Assembly: GCA_963666485.2 (NCBI GenBank) | Contig: CAXXUO010000009.1 | Coordinates: forward strand, 288,001 to 352,000 | Direction of reading: 5' to 3' | From: Syntrophorhabdaceae bacterium | Lineage (GTDB): Bacteria > Desulfobacterota > Syntrophorhabdia > Syntrophorhabdales > Syntrophorhabdaceae | DNA length: 64,000 bases | In this document: piece by piece, positions 1 to 9,217 of the stretch | Numbering within the stretch: position 1 is the first letter of the stretch | How the letters are laid out: the number at the start of each line of letters is the position of its first letter | The notes under the pieces: generated by a model | The model's database searches: none | What the model was told of the DNA's origin: nothing | Seen by the model: only the letters and a program-made list of their open reading frames with translations | Translations under genes and position numbers: made by a program

Positions 1-1723
1 CATCCTCGATCACAAGGGCAATGCCGGCCACATCCTGACACATCCCGATAAAAACGTTCGCGGCCCCGGAATGTTTTGCGACGTTGTTCAGGATCTCCTG
101 GGTTATTCTGAACAGTGACGTCTCCGTGTGCATATCGGGACGCGTCCCGAGGTCTTCGCCCGTGATGGCAACTGCGATCCCCGTGCGGTCGCTGAAGCTT
201 TCGGCATAACTCCTGATGGCCGCAAAGAGGCCGTAATCATCGAGGATGGGCGGCCGGAGCTTTGCCATGACATCACGGATCGTAACGGTCGTCTCCTCGA
301 TGAGCGACATTGAATCGGCGATGCGTTTATCGAGAACTGCCAGGTCCCGGGATGCGAGCTTCGCTTTTATAATATTCATGTTCAACCCGAGTGCTGTCAG
401 GTTCTGTCCGACCAGGTCGTGCAGCTCACGCGCTATCTTGCGTCTTTCGACATTCTCAGCCTCGGATAATTTCTTCGATACCAGCATGAGCTGATCGTTT
501 ATTTTCTTGAGTTCTCCCGTTCTTACCTGGACCAGCTGTTCCAGTTTTCCCTGGTATTTCTCCAGCGCATGCTCGTATTCGAGCCGGGATGTAATGTCCT
601 CGCCGGAGGCTATCACGACCTTAGCGCCCGTTGGATCATCGCTGAGCACCGCATAATGCCATGCAATCGTCCGCTCTGTGTCCCCGGCGGTGAGGACCGC
701 GCTCTCCCGGTATTCTATCGCCCGGTCCTGGCCGGTGATAAGCCGCGAAAAATAGGCGCGCTCTTCCTTTCTTTCTACCATGGGGACGAACATCCCGAAC
801 CAGTCACTTCCGATAACACTGTCCTTGTCGCACCCGAGCGTCTCGCATCCCTGCCTGTTTATAAGGAGTATCTTCCCCGAACTGTCTATGACCACGAACA
901 CTGTCCCGGCAATGTTGAGATACGTCTCCGCGCGGTTTTTCGCTGCGAGCAATTTCTCTTCGCTCTGTTTCAGATCGTGGAGGAGAACGCTGTAGGGTTC
1001 CCTGAGCCCTATTTGTATCAATGCCCTGTAAATGAGGTAGTACGAAGCAAGCTTGAAGTAATGTCCGATGAGGTTCCCTATCCCATACACGTCCACGTAC
1101 AGGGTGAGAGCTATTTCCGAAAAGACGATGCACACGATCGACCCGGTTATAAACCTCAAGACCCTTCGGTCAAATCTCTCGCGATGCCTGACGAGAATGA
1201 TCACTGACAGGATAAGCAGGATAACGACGAGATATTCACTGATGATCTTGAAGCGAGTGAACCCGGTGTTCTCGGCAAAGGACGATGGGAATATCCCCCC
1301 GAAGATGGCAATCAGGAGAATTCCCGAGATCACTGTATAAACAAGAAAGACGACGGCCGGTTTCAGCCTGCGATTGATGAAGAACGGCGCCGCAAGCAAT
1401 GACGCGCCCTGCACATACCGGCCCGCGATCCACAGCTGGGTCGCAAGGTCCGCCCCGGCTCCCGGGACGATGTCCATACCCTTATAGGTCAGTGTATGGC
1501 CGACATCGAAGACACCGACAAAGAAGCAGGAGATGCCAAGAAACAGAAGGTAGTTGTTATCGATGAACTTCCGGGAATTCCACGCTATCATGAAGATCCC
1601 GAAAGCGATCACCAGCGCGAACATCTCGACGAGGCTGTGAAAAAGAAGATAGTTGAAAAGGCTGATCAGGTATAGTCCGCCCGCTATGACGGCCGCCGGC
1701 GCTATCGCGGAAAATCTCCTCAC
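1..1723 (-). CDS. MASE3-PAS sensor histidine kinase (HisKA_3 type), 3' end outside the window
   Basis: Absent from the ORF track because it has no stop in the window. GTG at 1723 after GAGGGGG. Manual translation gives a MASE3-like start (NYLLFHSLVEMFALVIAFGIFMIAWNSRKF), a PAS/PAC-like middle and the H-box ERRKIARELHDLVGQNLTALGL. Confidence 0.85.
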   Translation of the reverse strand, partial: MRRFSAIAPAAVIAGGLYLISLFNYLLFHSLVEMFALVIAFGIFMIAWNSRKFIDNNYLLFLGISCFFVGVFDVGHTLTYKGMDIVPGAGADLATQLWIAGRYVQGASLLAAPFFINRRLKPAVVFLVYTVISGILLIAIFGGIFPSSFAENTGFTRFKIISEYLVVILLILSVIILVRHRERFDRRVLRFITGSIVCIVFSEIALTLYVDVYGIGNLIGHYFKLASYYLIYRALIQIGLREPYSVLLHDLKQSEEKLLAAKNRAETYLNIAGTVFVVIDSSGKILLINRQGCETLGCDKDSVIGSDWFGMFVPMVERKEERAYFSRLITGQDRAIEYRESAVLTAGDTERTIAWHYAVLSDDPTGAKVVIASGEDITSRLEYEHALEKYQGKLEQLVQVRTGELKKINDQLMLVSKKLSEAENVERRKIARELHDLVGQNLTALGLNMNIIKAKLASRDLAVLDKRIADSMSLIEETTVTIRDVMAKLRPPILDDYGLFAAIRSYAESFSDRTGIAVAITGEDLGTRPDMHTETSLFRITQEILNNVAKHSGAANVFIGMCQDVAGIALVIED

Positions 1724-1787
1724 GAAAAAACCCCCCTCATGGCCTCCCCTGGCCACTCCCGCGACACATAATTATGCCTTAACGACA

Positions 1788-1816
1788 ATGATAAGCTTGT
1801 TGGGGGAAATGTTCAA
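1788..1816 (-). promoter_or_regulatory. Putative sigma70 promoter of the histidine kinase
   Basis: TTGAAC-N17-TATCAT on the minus strand, about 65 bp upstream of the start codon. Confidence 0.45.
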
Positions 1817-1833
1817 CAAAAGAAACCGTAAGG

Positions 1834-2001
1834 CGGCTAACGGCTAACGGCTAACGGCTAACGGCTAACGGCTAACGGCTAACGGCTAACGGCTAACGGC
1901 TAACGGCTAACGGCTAACGGCTAACGGCTAACGGCTAACGGCTAACGGCTAACGGCTAACGGCTAACGGCTAACGGCTAACGGCTAACGGCTAACGGCTA
2001 A
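1834..2001 (+). repeat. Perfect heptamer tandem repeat (CGGCTAA)24
   Basis: 168 bp, 24 identical units counted directly. Confidence 0.98.
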
Positions 2002-2114
2002 AAGATTTTTTTTCAGAAAAATACCACATATCGGGAAGTATTTAGCGCGGGCGACATTTTTTTTAAATTTTTTGACGGGTGAAGAGATGTAAAAGTCAAC
2101 CTCTTCCCGTACAG

Positions 2115-4343
2115 TCAGGTCCTCTCCGGCCACGCCTTACGGCTTACGGCCTCTCTCAGCCGCTCCGCCAGCAAACTGTACCTCTTCCGCGTTTTGTCAT
2201 TGCGTATGGCTATTGAGAGGGCTTTTTTGGTTCCAACCATATAAACGAGCTTTTTCCCCCGGGTGACGGCGGTGTAGATCAGGTTCCTCTGGAGGAGGAG
2301 GTAGTGCTGCGTGAGGACAGGTATGATGACTGCGGGGTATTCGCTTCCCTGCGATTTGTGGACCGAGATGGCATATGCCAGGATGAGCTCGTCAAGCTCG
2401 CCGAAATCATACGCCACGATCCTGCCGTCAAAATCCACCCGGGCCTCCTGCATTTCCCTGTCGATGCCGGCGATCCTCCCGATATCCCCGTTGTAGACAT
2501 CCTTTTCGTAATTGTTGCGGGTTTGTATCACTTTATCGGCCGTCTTGAAAACGCGGCCCGCGCGCGAAACGGTGTCCCGGGAACGGTTCAGCACCTCCTG
2601 AAGCCGTACATTTATATTTGTCACCCCGACAACGCCCCGGTGCATGGGGGTGAGTATCTGTATATCTTCGATCGGACGAAGACCGAAGCGTGAGGGAATG
2701 ATGTTCGCACTCAAGTTTATAACGTGGTCCAATACTTTTTCCGGGTCATCCTCCTCGATAAAGACAAAATCATTTCCACTCCCGGCAAGGGGCATCTGGC
2801 CCGCGTTTATCCGGTGCGCGTTGACAATGATCATACTCTGCTGTGACTGCCGGAATATCTCATTGAGGCGTACCGTGTGAACAGACCCAGACGCAATAAT
2901 GTCCTTGAGAACATTCCCCGGGCCCACCGAGGGAAGCTGATCGGTATCGCCGACGAGGACCAGGGTCGCCCGCGCAGGAATGGCCTTCAGTAAATGGTGC
3001 ATGAGCGGGGCATCTATCATCGACGCCTCGTCGATGATGATAAGGCCCGCCTCGAGAGGGTTCGACTCGTTCCGCTTAAATCCTGTCCCCGATGAAAGAT
3101 CGCGGGGATTGTATTCGAGCAGGCGATGGATGGTCCGGGATTCGATACCCGTCGCCTCGGTCATCCGTTTGGCCGCCCTGCCGGTCGGTGCCGCACAAAA
3201 GACCTTCTGACCCGTCATCGAGGCGATCGTTATTATGCCTTTTATAATTGTAGTCTTCCCTGTCCCGGGGCCTCCCGTGATGACAAGTATCTTCTGCTCA
3301 AGGTATGCCCTGACCGCATCGAGCTGCTTCTCTGAAAAATTGATCCCCGCGCTCTCACCGCGGGACCGCAGCGCCTCGTCGATGTCGATGATCGCCATCT
3401 GTTTCGGGTGCGAAGCGAGCCGGCCGAGCGCGTCCGCTATACCCTCTTCGGCGCTATAGAGGGACGCAATATAGACGAGCCCTGCACCGTAATCACCCGC
3501 CGGGCCCCGGCCGAAAGACCCGTCTTCAATGATGATCTTTTTCTCGGCCGCGAGGCTCGCAAGGGCCGGAGGTATCTTTGCGGCCGGCACCTCGAGCACG
3601 CTGCTCGCTTTCCCGACCAGTTCATCGTGCGGGAAATAAAGGTGTCCTTCTTCGGCCAGCTGTCCCAGTACATAGAGGATGCCCGTTTCGATACGGAAAG
3701 GGGCCTCTTTTTCAATGCCGAGATTTTCCGCTATCCGGTCGGCGGTAAGGAAACCGATCCCGAATATGTCCACCGCCAGCCGGTACGGGTTGTCCCGCAC
3801 GATCCTGACCGCGTCGTTGCCGTAGAAACGATAGATCTTGGCGGCATATGCGGGGCTCACCCCGTTGCCCTGGAGAAAGACCATGACGTTGCGCACTTCT
3901 TTCTGTTCGCTCCACGCCCCCTTTATCATCCCGATGCGTTTTTCGCCTATGCCCGGCACTTCCTGAAGCCTTGATATATCGGCGTCTATCACGTCGAGCG
4001 TCTTTTCGCCAAACTGCGCAACGAGCCTCTTCGCCATTTGAGGCCCGATGCCCTTTATCATCCCGGAGCCAAGATAGCGCTCGATGCCCTTCGCCGTTGC
4101 AGGCAGAAGGGTCTCGTACGATGTGACCCTGAATTGTTCGCCAAAGCGGGGGTGGACGCTCCATTCCCCTTCGATCTTGAGGAGTTCCCCGGGGACAACG
4201 GAATAGAGGGTACCGATGACAGTGGCCAGGGAATTTTTGCCTTCGATCTTCACTTTGGCTATGGTGTAATGGTCCTCTTCGTTGTAATATGTTATACGCT
4301 CGACCTGGACCTTGAGCACGCACGGCGGGCCTTTTTGAAACAT
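2115..4343 (-). CDS. recD2: ATP-dependent RecD2-like SF1B DNA helicase
   Basis: N-terminal OB/HhH region (HPRFGEQF, IKGIGP), Walker A GGPGTGKT, APTGRAAKRM, IIDEASM, LAYAISVHKSQGSEY, YTAVTRGK. Start trimmed to ATG 4343. Confidence 0.93.
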   Translation of the reverse strand: MFQKGPPCVLKVQVERITYYNEEDHYTIAKVKIEGKNSLATVIGTLYSVVPGELLKIEGEWSVHPRFGEQFRVTSYETLLPATAKGIERYLGSGMIKGIGPQMAKRLVAQFGEKTLDVIDADISRLQEVPGIGEKRIGMIKGAWSEQKEVRNVMVFLQGNGVSPAYAAKIYRFYGNDAVRIVRDNPYRLAVDIFGIGFLTADRIAENLGIEKEAPFRIETGILYVLGQLAEEGHLYFPHDELVGKASSVLEVPAAKIPPALASLAAEKKIIIEDGSFGRGPAGDYGAGLVYIASLYSAEEGIADALGRLASHPKQMAIIDIDEALRSRGESAGINFSEKQLDAVRAYLEQKILVITGGPGTGKTTIIKGIITIASMTGQKVFCAAPTGRAAKRMTEATGIESRTIHRLLEYNPRDLSSGTGFKRNESNPLEAGLIIIDEASMIDAPLMHHLLKAIPARATLVLVGDTDQLPSVGPGNVLKDIIASGSVHTVRLNEIFRQSQQSMIIVNAHRINAGQMPLAGSGNDFVFIEEDDPEKVLDHVINLSANIIPSRFGLRPIEDIQILTPMHRGVVGVTNINVRLQEVLNRSRDTVSRAGRVFKTADKVIQTRNNYEKDVYNGDIGRIAGIDREMQEARVDFDGRIVAYDFGELDELILAYAISVHKSQGSEYPAVIIPVLTQHYLLLQRNLIYTAVTRGKKLVYMVGTKKALSIAIRNDKTRKRYSLLAERLREAVSRKAWPERT

Positions 4344-4429
4344 GATTAATACTATCGGAAATGGGGCGATAATAAAAGCGAAACATGATCGCCGCCGACC
4401 GATATAGCGTGAGGCGCTAAAACCAGCCG

Positions 4430-4762
4430 ATGATAACACAGGCAATTAAGAACCAGCTGCTGCGCACGGTCGCGAAAAACCGTGCGATGATCCTTAACGA
4501 GGCCCAGAATATCTCCGGGTTCATGCATCTTTTGATGAAGCACAGAAATACCGGGGTGACATGGACCCGTGAGGAGAAACAGCTCCTCAAGATGCACATC
4601 GTCCATTTATCCTGCTATGTCCCGATACTGGCCATCTTCGTTTTGCCCTTCGGGTCGCTCCTGATCCCGGTCCTCGCCGAGATACTCGACCGGAGGGCAA
4701 ACCACCGCAAAGCTCGGGCACAAAACCCCGATGCAGCCGGCGCAGGACAAGCGGTCATGTGA
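4430..4762 (+). CDS. Hypothetical protein with a C-terminal hydrophobic segment
   Basis: 110-aa ORF filling the gap between recD2 and rel; hydrophobic stretch VPILAIFVLPFGSLLIPVLAEILDRR. Confidence 0.7.
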   Translation: MITQAIKNQLLRTVAKNRAMILNEAQNISGFMHLLMKHRNTGVTWTREEKQLLKMHIVHLSCYVPILAIFVLPFGSLLIPVLAEILDRRANHRKARAQNPDAAGAGQAVM

Positions 4763-4868
4763 TCCAACAACGATCTTCGTGCGGATGCGCCATTATTGCG
4801 ATTTGGCCTTTCCTGAGGTAAGATAAGGTCAGGAAAATGGGCCATCTCAATTCTGCCGGACAAGAATC

Positions 4869-7010
4869 ATGATACGTTTTAACGATATCGTCGACGAGGT
4901 CCTGACGTACAACCCCGATGCCGACGTGGAGCTGCTGCAAAGGGCATATATTTTTTCCGCGAAGGCGCACAAGGGGCAGATCGGCCTTTCCGGGGAGCCG
5001 TACCTGATCCATCCGCTCGAAACAGCCTATACATTGACGAAAATGAACCTCGACATTCCGAGCATTGTCTCCGGGCTTCTTCATGATACGATCGAGGATT
5101 CATACGTCGAGAAAAAAGAGATCGAGGAGTATTTCGGCAAAGAAATAGCCGAGCTCGTCGACGGCGTGACCAAGATAAGCAAGATACCCCTCAAGACGTC
5201 CGAGGAGTCGCGCATCGAGAATTTCCGGAAGATGATCCTCGCGATGAGTAAGGATATCAGGGTGATACTTGTCAAGCTGGCCGACAGGTATCACAACATG
5301 CAGACCCTCAATTTCCTGTCGCCGGAAAAACAGATCGAGATCGCGCGCGAGACATTTGAGATCTATGCGCCTTTAGCTCACAGGCTCGGCATCGAATGGT
5401 TGAGGGCGCAGCTCGAAGATGCCGCGTTTAAATACCTCAAGCCGACTGAATATAAACTCATCGCGGACACTATCGCCCAGAGGAAGAAAGAGCGCGAGGC
5501 ATACATCGATGAGGTGATCGGTCTTTTGCGTCAGAAGCTCGGGGAATTCCAGCTCAAGGCGGACATATTCGGCCGCGCCAAACATCTCTACAGCATCTAC
5601 CGCAAAATGACCAACGAAGGTCTTAATATCGATGATATTTATGACATCATTGCCTTTCGTGTCGTTGTCGACACGATCAAGGAATGCTACGAGGCGCTCG
5701 GCATCATACACGCCGCGTATAAACCGATACCGGGGAAGTTCAGCGACTACATAGCGCTTCCCAAGGCCAATATGTACCAGTCGCTGCACACGAAGATCAT
5801 AGGGCCGCACGGGGAGAAGATCGAGATACAGATCAGGACGAAAGAGATGCACCGTCTTGCCGAGGAAGGGATCGCCGCGCACTGGAAATACAAGGAAGGC
5901 AAGGTCTTCAACCCCAAGGAGGACAAGATCTTCGCCTGGCTGCGCAGGATCATCGAATGGCAGCAGGAGCTCAAAGACAACAAGGAATTCATGGAGGTCT
6001 TCAAGATAGACCTCTTTCCCGACGAGGTGTACGTGTTCACCCCCAACGGGGACGTGCGGGAGCTTCCGAAAGGCGCGACCCCCGTCGATTTTGCGTACGC
6101 CATCCATTCCGAGCTTGGCCACCGGTGCGTGGGCGCAAAGGTAAACGGCAAGCTCGTACCGCTGCGCTCCCTGCTCAAGAGCGGCGACACCGTCGAGATC
6201 ATGACCAGCCCCACCCACAAGCCGAGCAAAGACTGGCTGAGCTTTGTCGCGACATCAAAAGCCAAGACAAAAATACGGCAATGGATCAAAACGGAACAAC
6301 GGGAGAAGTCGATCGAGCTTGGCCGCAACCTGCTTGACAAGGAACTTGCAAAACACGATCTGAACTTTTCGAAGATCCTCAAAAATGGGGAGTTCACCCC
6401 CATAGCAAAGGAATTCAGCTTCGAATCGGTCGACGATCTCTTCGCCAGCGTCGGGTACGGCCTGTACACCCCGCTGCAGGTCCTCAACAAGATCGTCCCC
6501 GAACAGGAAAAGCCCATCACGGGCAAGATCAAGAGCATCATCAGTTCGTTCAAGAAGAGCCGTGACGAAGCGATCAAGATAAAAGGGATCGACGGCCTCG
6601 TCATACGGTTCGCGAAATGCTGCAACCCGATCCCCGGCGACAATATAATAGGCTTCATAACGCGCGGACGCGGCATTACCGTTCACGTGGAAGACTGTCC
6701 CAATGTCCACACGTATGACGAGCAGCGCAAGGTCGAGGTCAGCTGGCAGCTCAGCAAGAATTACACGTTCCCCGTACGGTTTAAGGTCACGGGGAGCGAC
6801 AGAAAAGGAATTCTTTCCGATATCAGCAGCGTCATAGCGGCAAACAAGGTCAACATCCTGAGCGCCCAGGCGATGGCGTATCCCGACCGGTCTTTTGCAG
6901 GAAGCTACGAGGTCGAGATAGAACACATGACCCAGCTTCAGAAGGTCATGAAGTCGATACAAAAAGTAAAGGGTGTCCGTTCTGTCGACAGGATGCGGAC
7001 GTTGACGTAA
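4869..7010 (+). CDS. rel: Bifunctional (p)ppGpp synthetase/hydrolase (long RSH)
   Basis: HD motif (LLHDTIED), KLADRYHNM, synthetase YQSLHT/EIQIRT, TGS (TPVDFAYAIHS), AKCCNPIPGD, C-terminal ACT. Confidence 0.96.
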   Translation: MIRFNDIVDEVLTYNPDADVELLQRAYIFSAKAHKGQIGLSGEPYLIHPLETAYTLTKMNLDIPSIVSGLLHDTIEDSYVEKKEIEEYFGKEIAELVDGVTKISKIPLKTSEESRIENFRKMILAMSKDIRVILVKLADRYHNMQTLNFLSPEKQIEIARETFEIYAPLAHRLGIEWLRAQLEDAAFKYLKPTEYKLIADTIAQRKKEREAYIDEVIGLLRQKLGEFQLKADIFGRAKHLYSIYRKMTNEGLNIDDIYDIIAFRVVVDTIKECYEALGIIHAAYKPIPGKFSDYIALPKANMYQSLHTKIIGPHGEKIEIQIRTKEMHRLAEEGIAAHWKYKEGKVFNPKEDKIFAWLRRIIEWQQELKDNKEFMEVFKIDLFPDEVYVFTPNGDVRELPKGATPVDFAYAIHSELGHRCVGAKVNGKLVPLRSLLKSGDTVEIMTSPTHKPSKDWLSFVATSKAKTKIRQWIKTEQREKSIELGRNLLDKELAKHDLNFSKILKNGEFTPIAKEFSFESVDDLFASVGYGLYTPLQVLNKIVPEQEKPITGKIKSIISSFKKSRDEAIKIKGIDGLVIRFAKCCNPIPGDNIIGFITRGRGITVHVEDCPNVHTYDEQRKVEVSWQLSKNYTFPVRFKVTGSDRKGILSDISSVIAANKVNILSAQAMAYPDRSFAGSYEVEIEHMTQLQKVMKSIQKVKGVRSVDRMRTLT

Positions 7011-7015
7011 AAAAG

Positions 7016-7068
7016 GACGGGTGATGGGTGATGGGCTACGGGCGGATGGGGCGCAGGGCGATGGGTGA
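7016..7068 (+). repeat. Degenerate G-rich heptamer array (consensus about TGATGGG)
   Basis: GGG tracts at 7019, 7026, 7033, 7040, 7048, 7056 and 7063, roughly 7-nt periodicity. Confidence 0.7.
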
Positions 7069-7108
7069 GAAGAAGGCGGTATCAGGAGAGAACAAGAGGG
7101 GATATTCC

Positions 7109-7810
7109 ATGAAGAGTGTCATTCTATTGATCCTGGTTGTGTTATTGGTCTTTCCTGTTATCGCTCAGGCGACCTATCCCGTGCAAAGGACGCTGACGGG
7201 GTGCGTTGTCGACAATACCTTCTATAGCATTTATCTCGACAAGGATTCGGGCCGTGCCTATCGCATAAATCTTTCCCCGCCCGTCGACCTCAAGCCGTAC
7301 GAAGGCAGGCCGGTGCGTGTGACCGGATGGCTGAGCCCGGGGGACAGGTTCAGCATAAAAGACAAGACCTCCATCGAGATGACAGGCGCCGCCTGCGATC
7401 CCCGGTCCCGAAAGGCAATAAACAGCGAATATGCCCTGAATTACAGGCTTCAGGCGGGCGCGGCGGCAAGGCAGGGAAATTTCGATGAAGCCCTGTCCAC
7501 GATCGACAAGGCCTTCAAGATCGACAATACCGACTGCGATACATATACGGACCGCGCGACAATCTATTGCATGAAGAATGATTTCGGTGCGGCCCTGCAA
7601 GATATGTCCGTTATAAAGACCGGCGCATGCACCAATCCGAAGAAGGCAAACTACCTTCTGCTGGAAGACCTGGGCAAATGCCTCGAGCAAAAAGGGAAAA
7701 GGGACGAAGCCCTCGACGCCTACCGGCTGGCCCGCAACGCCTGCATCGGGCGAGGCGCCCCTCAATGCGAACAACGTCTCGCCGAACAAATCAAACGGCT
7801 CGGCCGATAA
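7109..7810 (+). CDS. Exported protein with C-terminal TPR repeats
   Basis: ATG 7109 after GAGGGG. Signal peptide MKSVILLILVVLLVFPVIAQA; TPR-like helices (GNFDEALSTIDKAFKID, DLGKCLEQKGKRDEALDAYRLA). Confidence 0.8.
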   Translation: MKSVILLILVVLLVFPVIAQATYPVQRTLTGCVVDNTFYSIYLDKDSGRAYRINLSPPVDLKPYEGRPVRVTGWLSPGDRFSIKDKTSIEMTGAACDPRSRKAINSEYALNYRLQAGAAARQGNFDEALSTIDKAFKIDNTDCDTYTDRATIYCMKNDFGAALQDMSVIKTGACTNPKKANYLLLEDLGKCLEQKGKRDEALDAYRLARNACIGRGAPQCEQRLAEQIKRLGR

Positions 7811-7851
7811 ATCTACTTCAATGAATTATGAACCGGAAATTAAATGGATGA

Positions 7852-7996
7852 TGATTCTTCGTTCTAATCGCTAAATCACAGATGATAGCGAGGCGCCGAG
7901 GAGGGATTACCGGAGGCGTACTTACGTACGCTGAGGATAATCCCGACGAAGGCAACGAAGCTAGCGCTTTGATTAGGCGATTAGAACGAAGAATCA
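7852..7996. repeat. 145-bp palindromic MITE/REP-like element with a perfect 20-bp terminal inverted repeat
   Basis: TGATTCTTCGTTCTAATCGC (7852-7871) and GCGATTAGAACGAAGAATCA (7977-7996); nested stems GGGATTA/TAATCCC and GCGTAC/GTACGC. Confidence 0.75.
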
Positions 7997-8185
7997 GACG
8001 GCTTTTTGGAAATTACCCTTCTTGATACATTTCGTGCAGAGCCGGGCGGTATGAGCTTTACCATCTTTTACGATACGGACGGTCTGAAGATTCGGCAGCC
8101 ATTCTCTTTTGCTTTTATTGTTCGCATGGCTCACGTTGTTACCAATTTGTTTTCCTTTACCACAGATCTCACAGATCCTTGCCAT
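7994..8185 (-). CDS. rpmB: 50S ribosomal protein L28
   Basis: [34 protein letters not shown], 63 aa, GGAGG RBS. Confidence 0.97.
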   Translation of the reverse strand: MARICEICGKGKQIGNNVSHANNKSKREWLPNLQTVRIVKDGKAHTARLCTKCIKKGNFQKAV

Positions 8186-8247
8186 TTTTGACCTCCTTGA
8201 CTGCATTGGGAACTTCAGCCCATGTGTATACGGTTTTAAAGACAAAG

Positions 8248-8276
8248 ATTTTAACCGCTTAGCCCCCCCATGTCAA
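8248..8276 (-). promoter_or_regulatory. Sigma70 promoter of rpmB
   Basis: TTGACA-N17-TAAAAT on the minus strand. Confidence 0.75.
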
Positions 8277-8546
8277 TAGTTTTATCCGCGGTCCGGATCA
8301 CTCGCTTTCGTACACGGCGCAGAGCCCGCAAAAAACCGCATAAAATCAGGCACGTAAAGTGCTGCCAGGGACCAGGAAGGAAAGTGCCGGGAATTACTGG
8401 GCAAAATTACCTGCTTTTCAATCATAGAGCTAAGGCATTGGACTGATCGGTTTTATCAATATATATTGAAATAACTGGGTCTTTCAAAATGCACGGCCGG
8501 GTGGCATTGAGGGAAATAACCTGTGTCATTGCGGCCGTTAGATCGT

Positions 8547-8591
8547 CTTTCCACATCTTTTCAACAGGAATTCAACAACGGGTGTGGAAAA
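8547..8591. promoter_or_regulatory. Cluster of DnaA-box-like 9-mers
   Basis: CTTTCCACA (8547), TTTTCAACA (8558), AATTCAACA (8569) and inverted TGTGGAAAA (8583), compared with consensus TTWTNCACA. Confidence 0.45.
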
Positions 8592-8629
8592 AATATTTTC
8601 GAATGACCTGATAATGGTCCGGCGGTGTC

Positions 8630-9097
8630 TTACCTGCTGAAGACGGCCTTAACGCCCCGCCGAATCCCGCACTGCTTCGCTTCGCCGGCATTTACCTCGA
8701 GCACATACCGGGCCGGGTAGCGGGAACTGATGGTGGTCTCATCATGCGGCTCCGCATCAGGATGGATATGAACAACGTCGTTCTTTCCGTTTATAAATAT
8801 CATGTCGAGCCCTATAACCACATTCTTCATCCAGTAATGCAGTATTTCATCACGGTCATGGACAAAGAGCATCCCGTACCGGGAGGGCAGGTACGGCCTG
8901 AACATGAGCCCCCGCGCCTGTTCGTAAGGCGTGACGGCTGTTTCTGCCTCGATCCTGCACAATTGCCGGCCCGAGCTGTCGACGAACGTGACAGGGACCT
9001 TCCGGACCTCCGCCGATAGTACGAGAACGGGTAGTGCTGCGACGAAGAGAAAGGTACACAGTACAATGCCGGCTACAGAAACGTGTGAAATTTTCAT
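8630..9097 (-). CDS. DUF192 family exported protein
   Basis: Signal peptide; RGLMFR..GMLF..WMKN..LDMIF..YVLEVNAG motifs. Confidence 0.88.
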   Translation of the reverse strand: MKISHVSVAGIVLCTFLFVAALPVLVLSAEVRKVPVTFVDSSGRQLCRIEAETAVTPYEQARGLMFRPYLPSRYGMLFVHDRDEILHYWMKNVVIGLDMIFINGKNDVVHIHPDAEPHDETTISSRYPARYVLEVNAGEAKQCGIRRGVKAVFSR

Positions 9098-9217
9098 ATG
9101 TTTTATCCTGCTTCATCCGCGGCCCCAAAGTCAAGCCTTATACTCTTGCTGCGTGGCGGTGAAATCTCTTTACTCACCATATAATTGAGCATTATATATA
9201 TAGCCGGAAGGACCACC

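Noticed and set aside
1720..1740. Mini-ORF MRGVFS* with a G6T6 tract suggesting frameshift or phase variation of the kinase
   Set aside because: The GTG at 1723 has its own well-spaced SD, the homopolymers are short and no canonical slippery heptamer is in frame.
1834..2001. CRISPR array or telomere
   Set aside because: Pure 7-bp tandem repeat with no spacers or cas genes, and internal to the sequence.
7028..7108. N-terminal ORF extensions of the TPR gene (and of yceI, lptE, hslV and argG)
   Set aside because: They cross repeats or neighbouring genes; downstream starts fit the RBS or the family N-terminus better.
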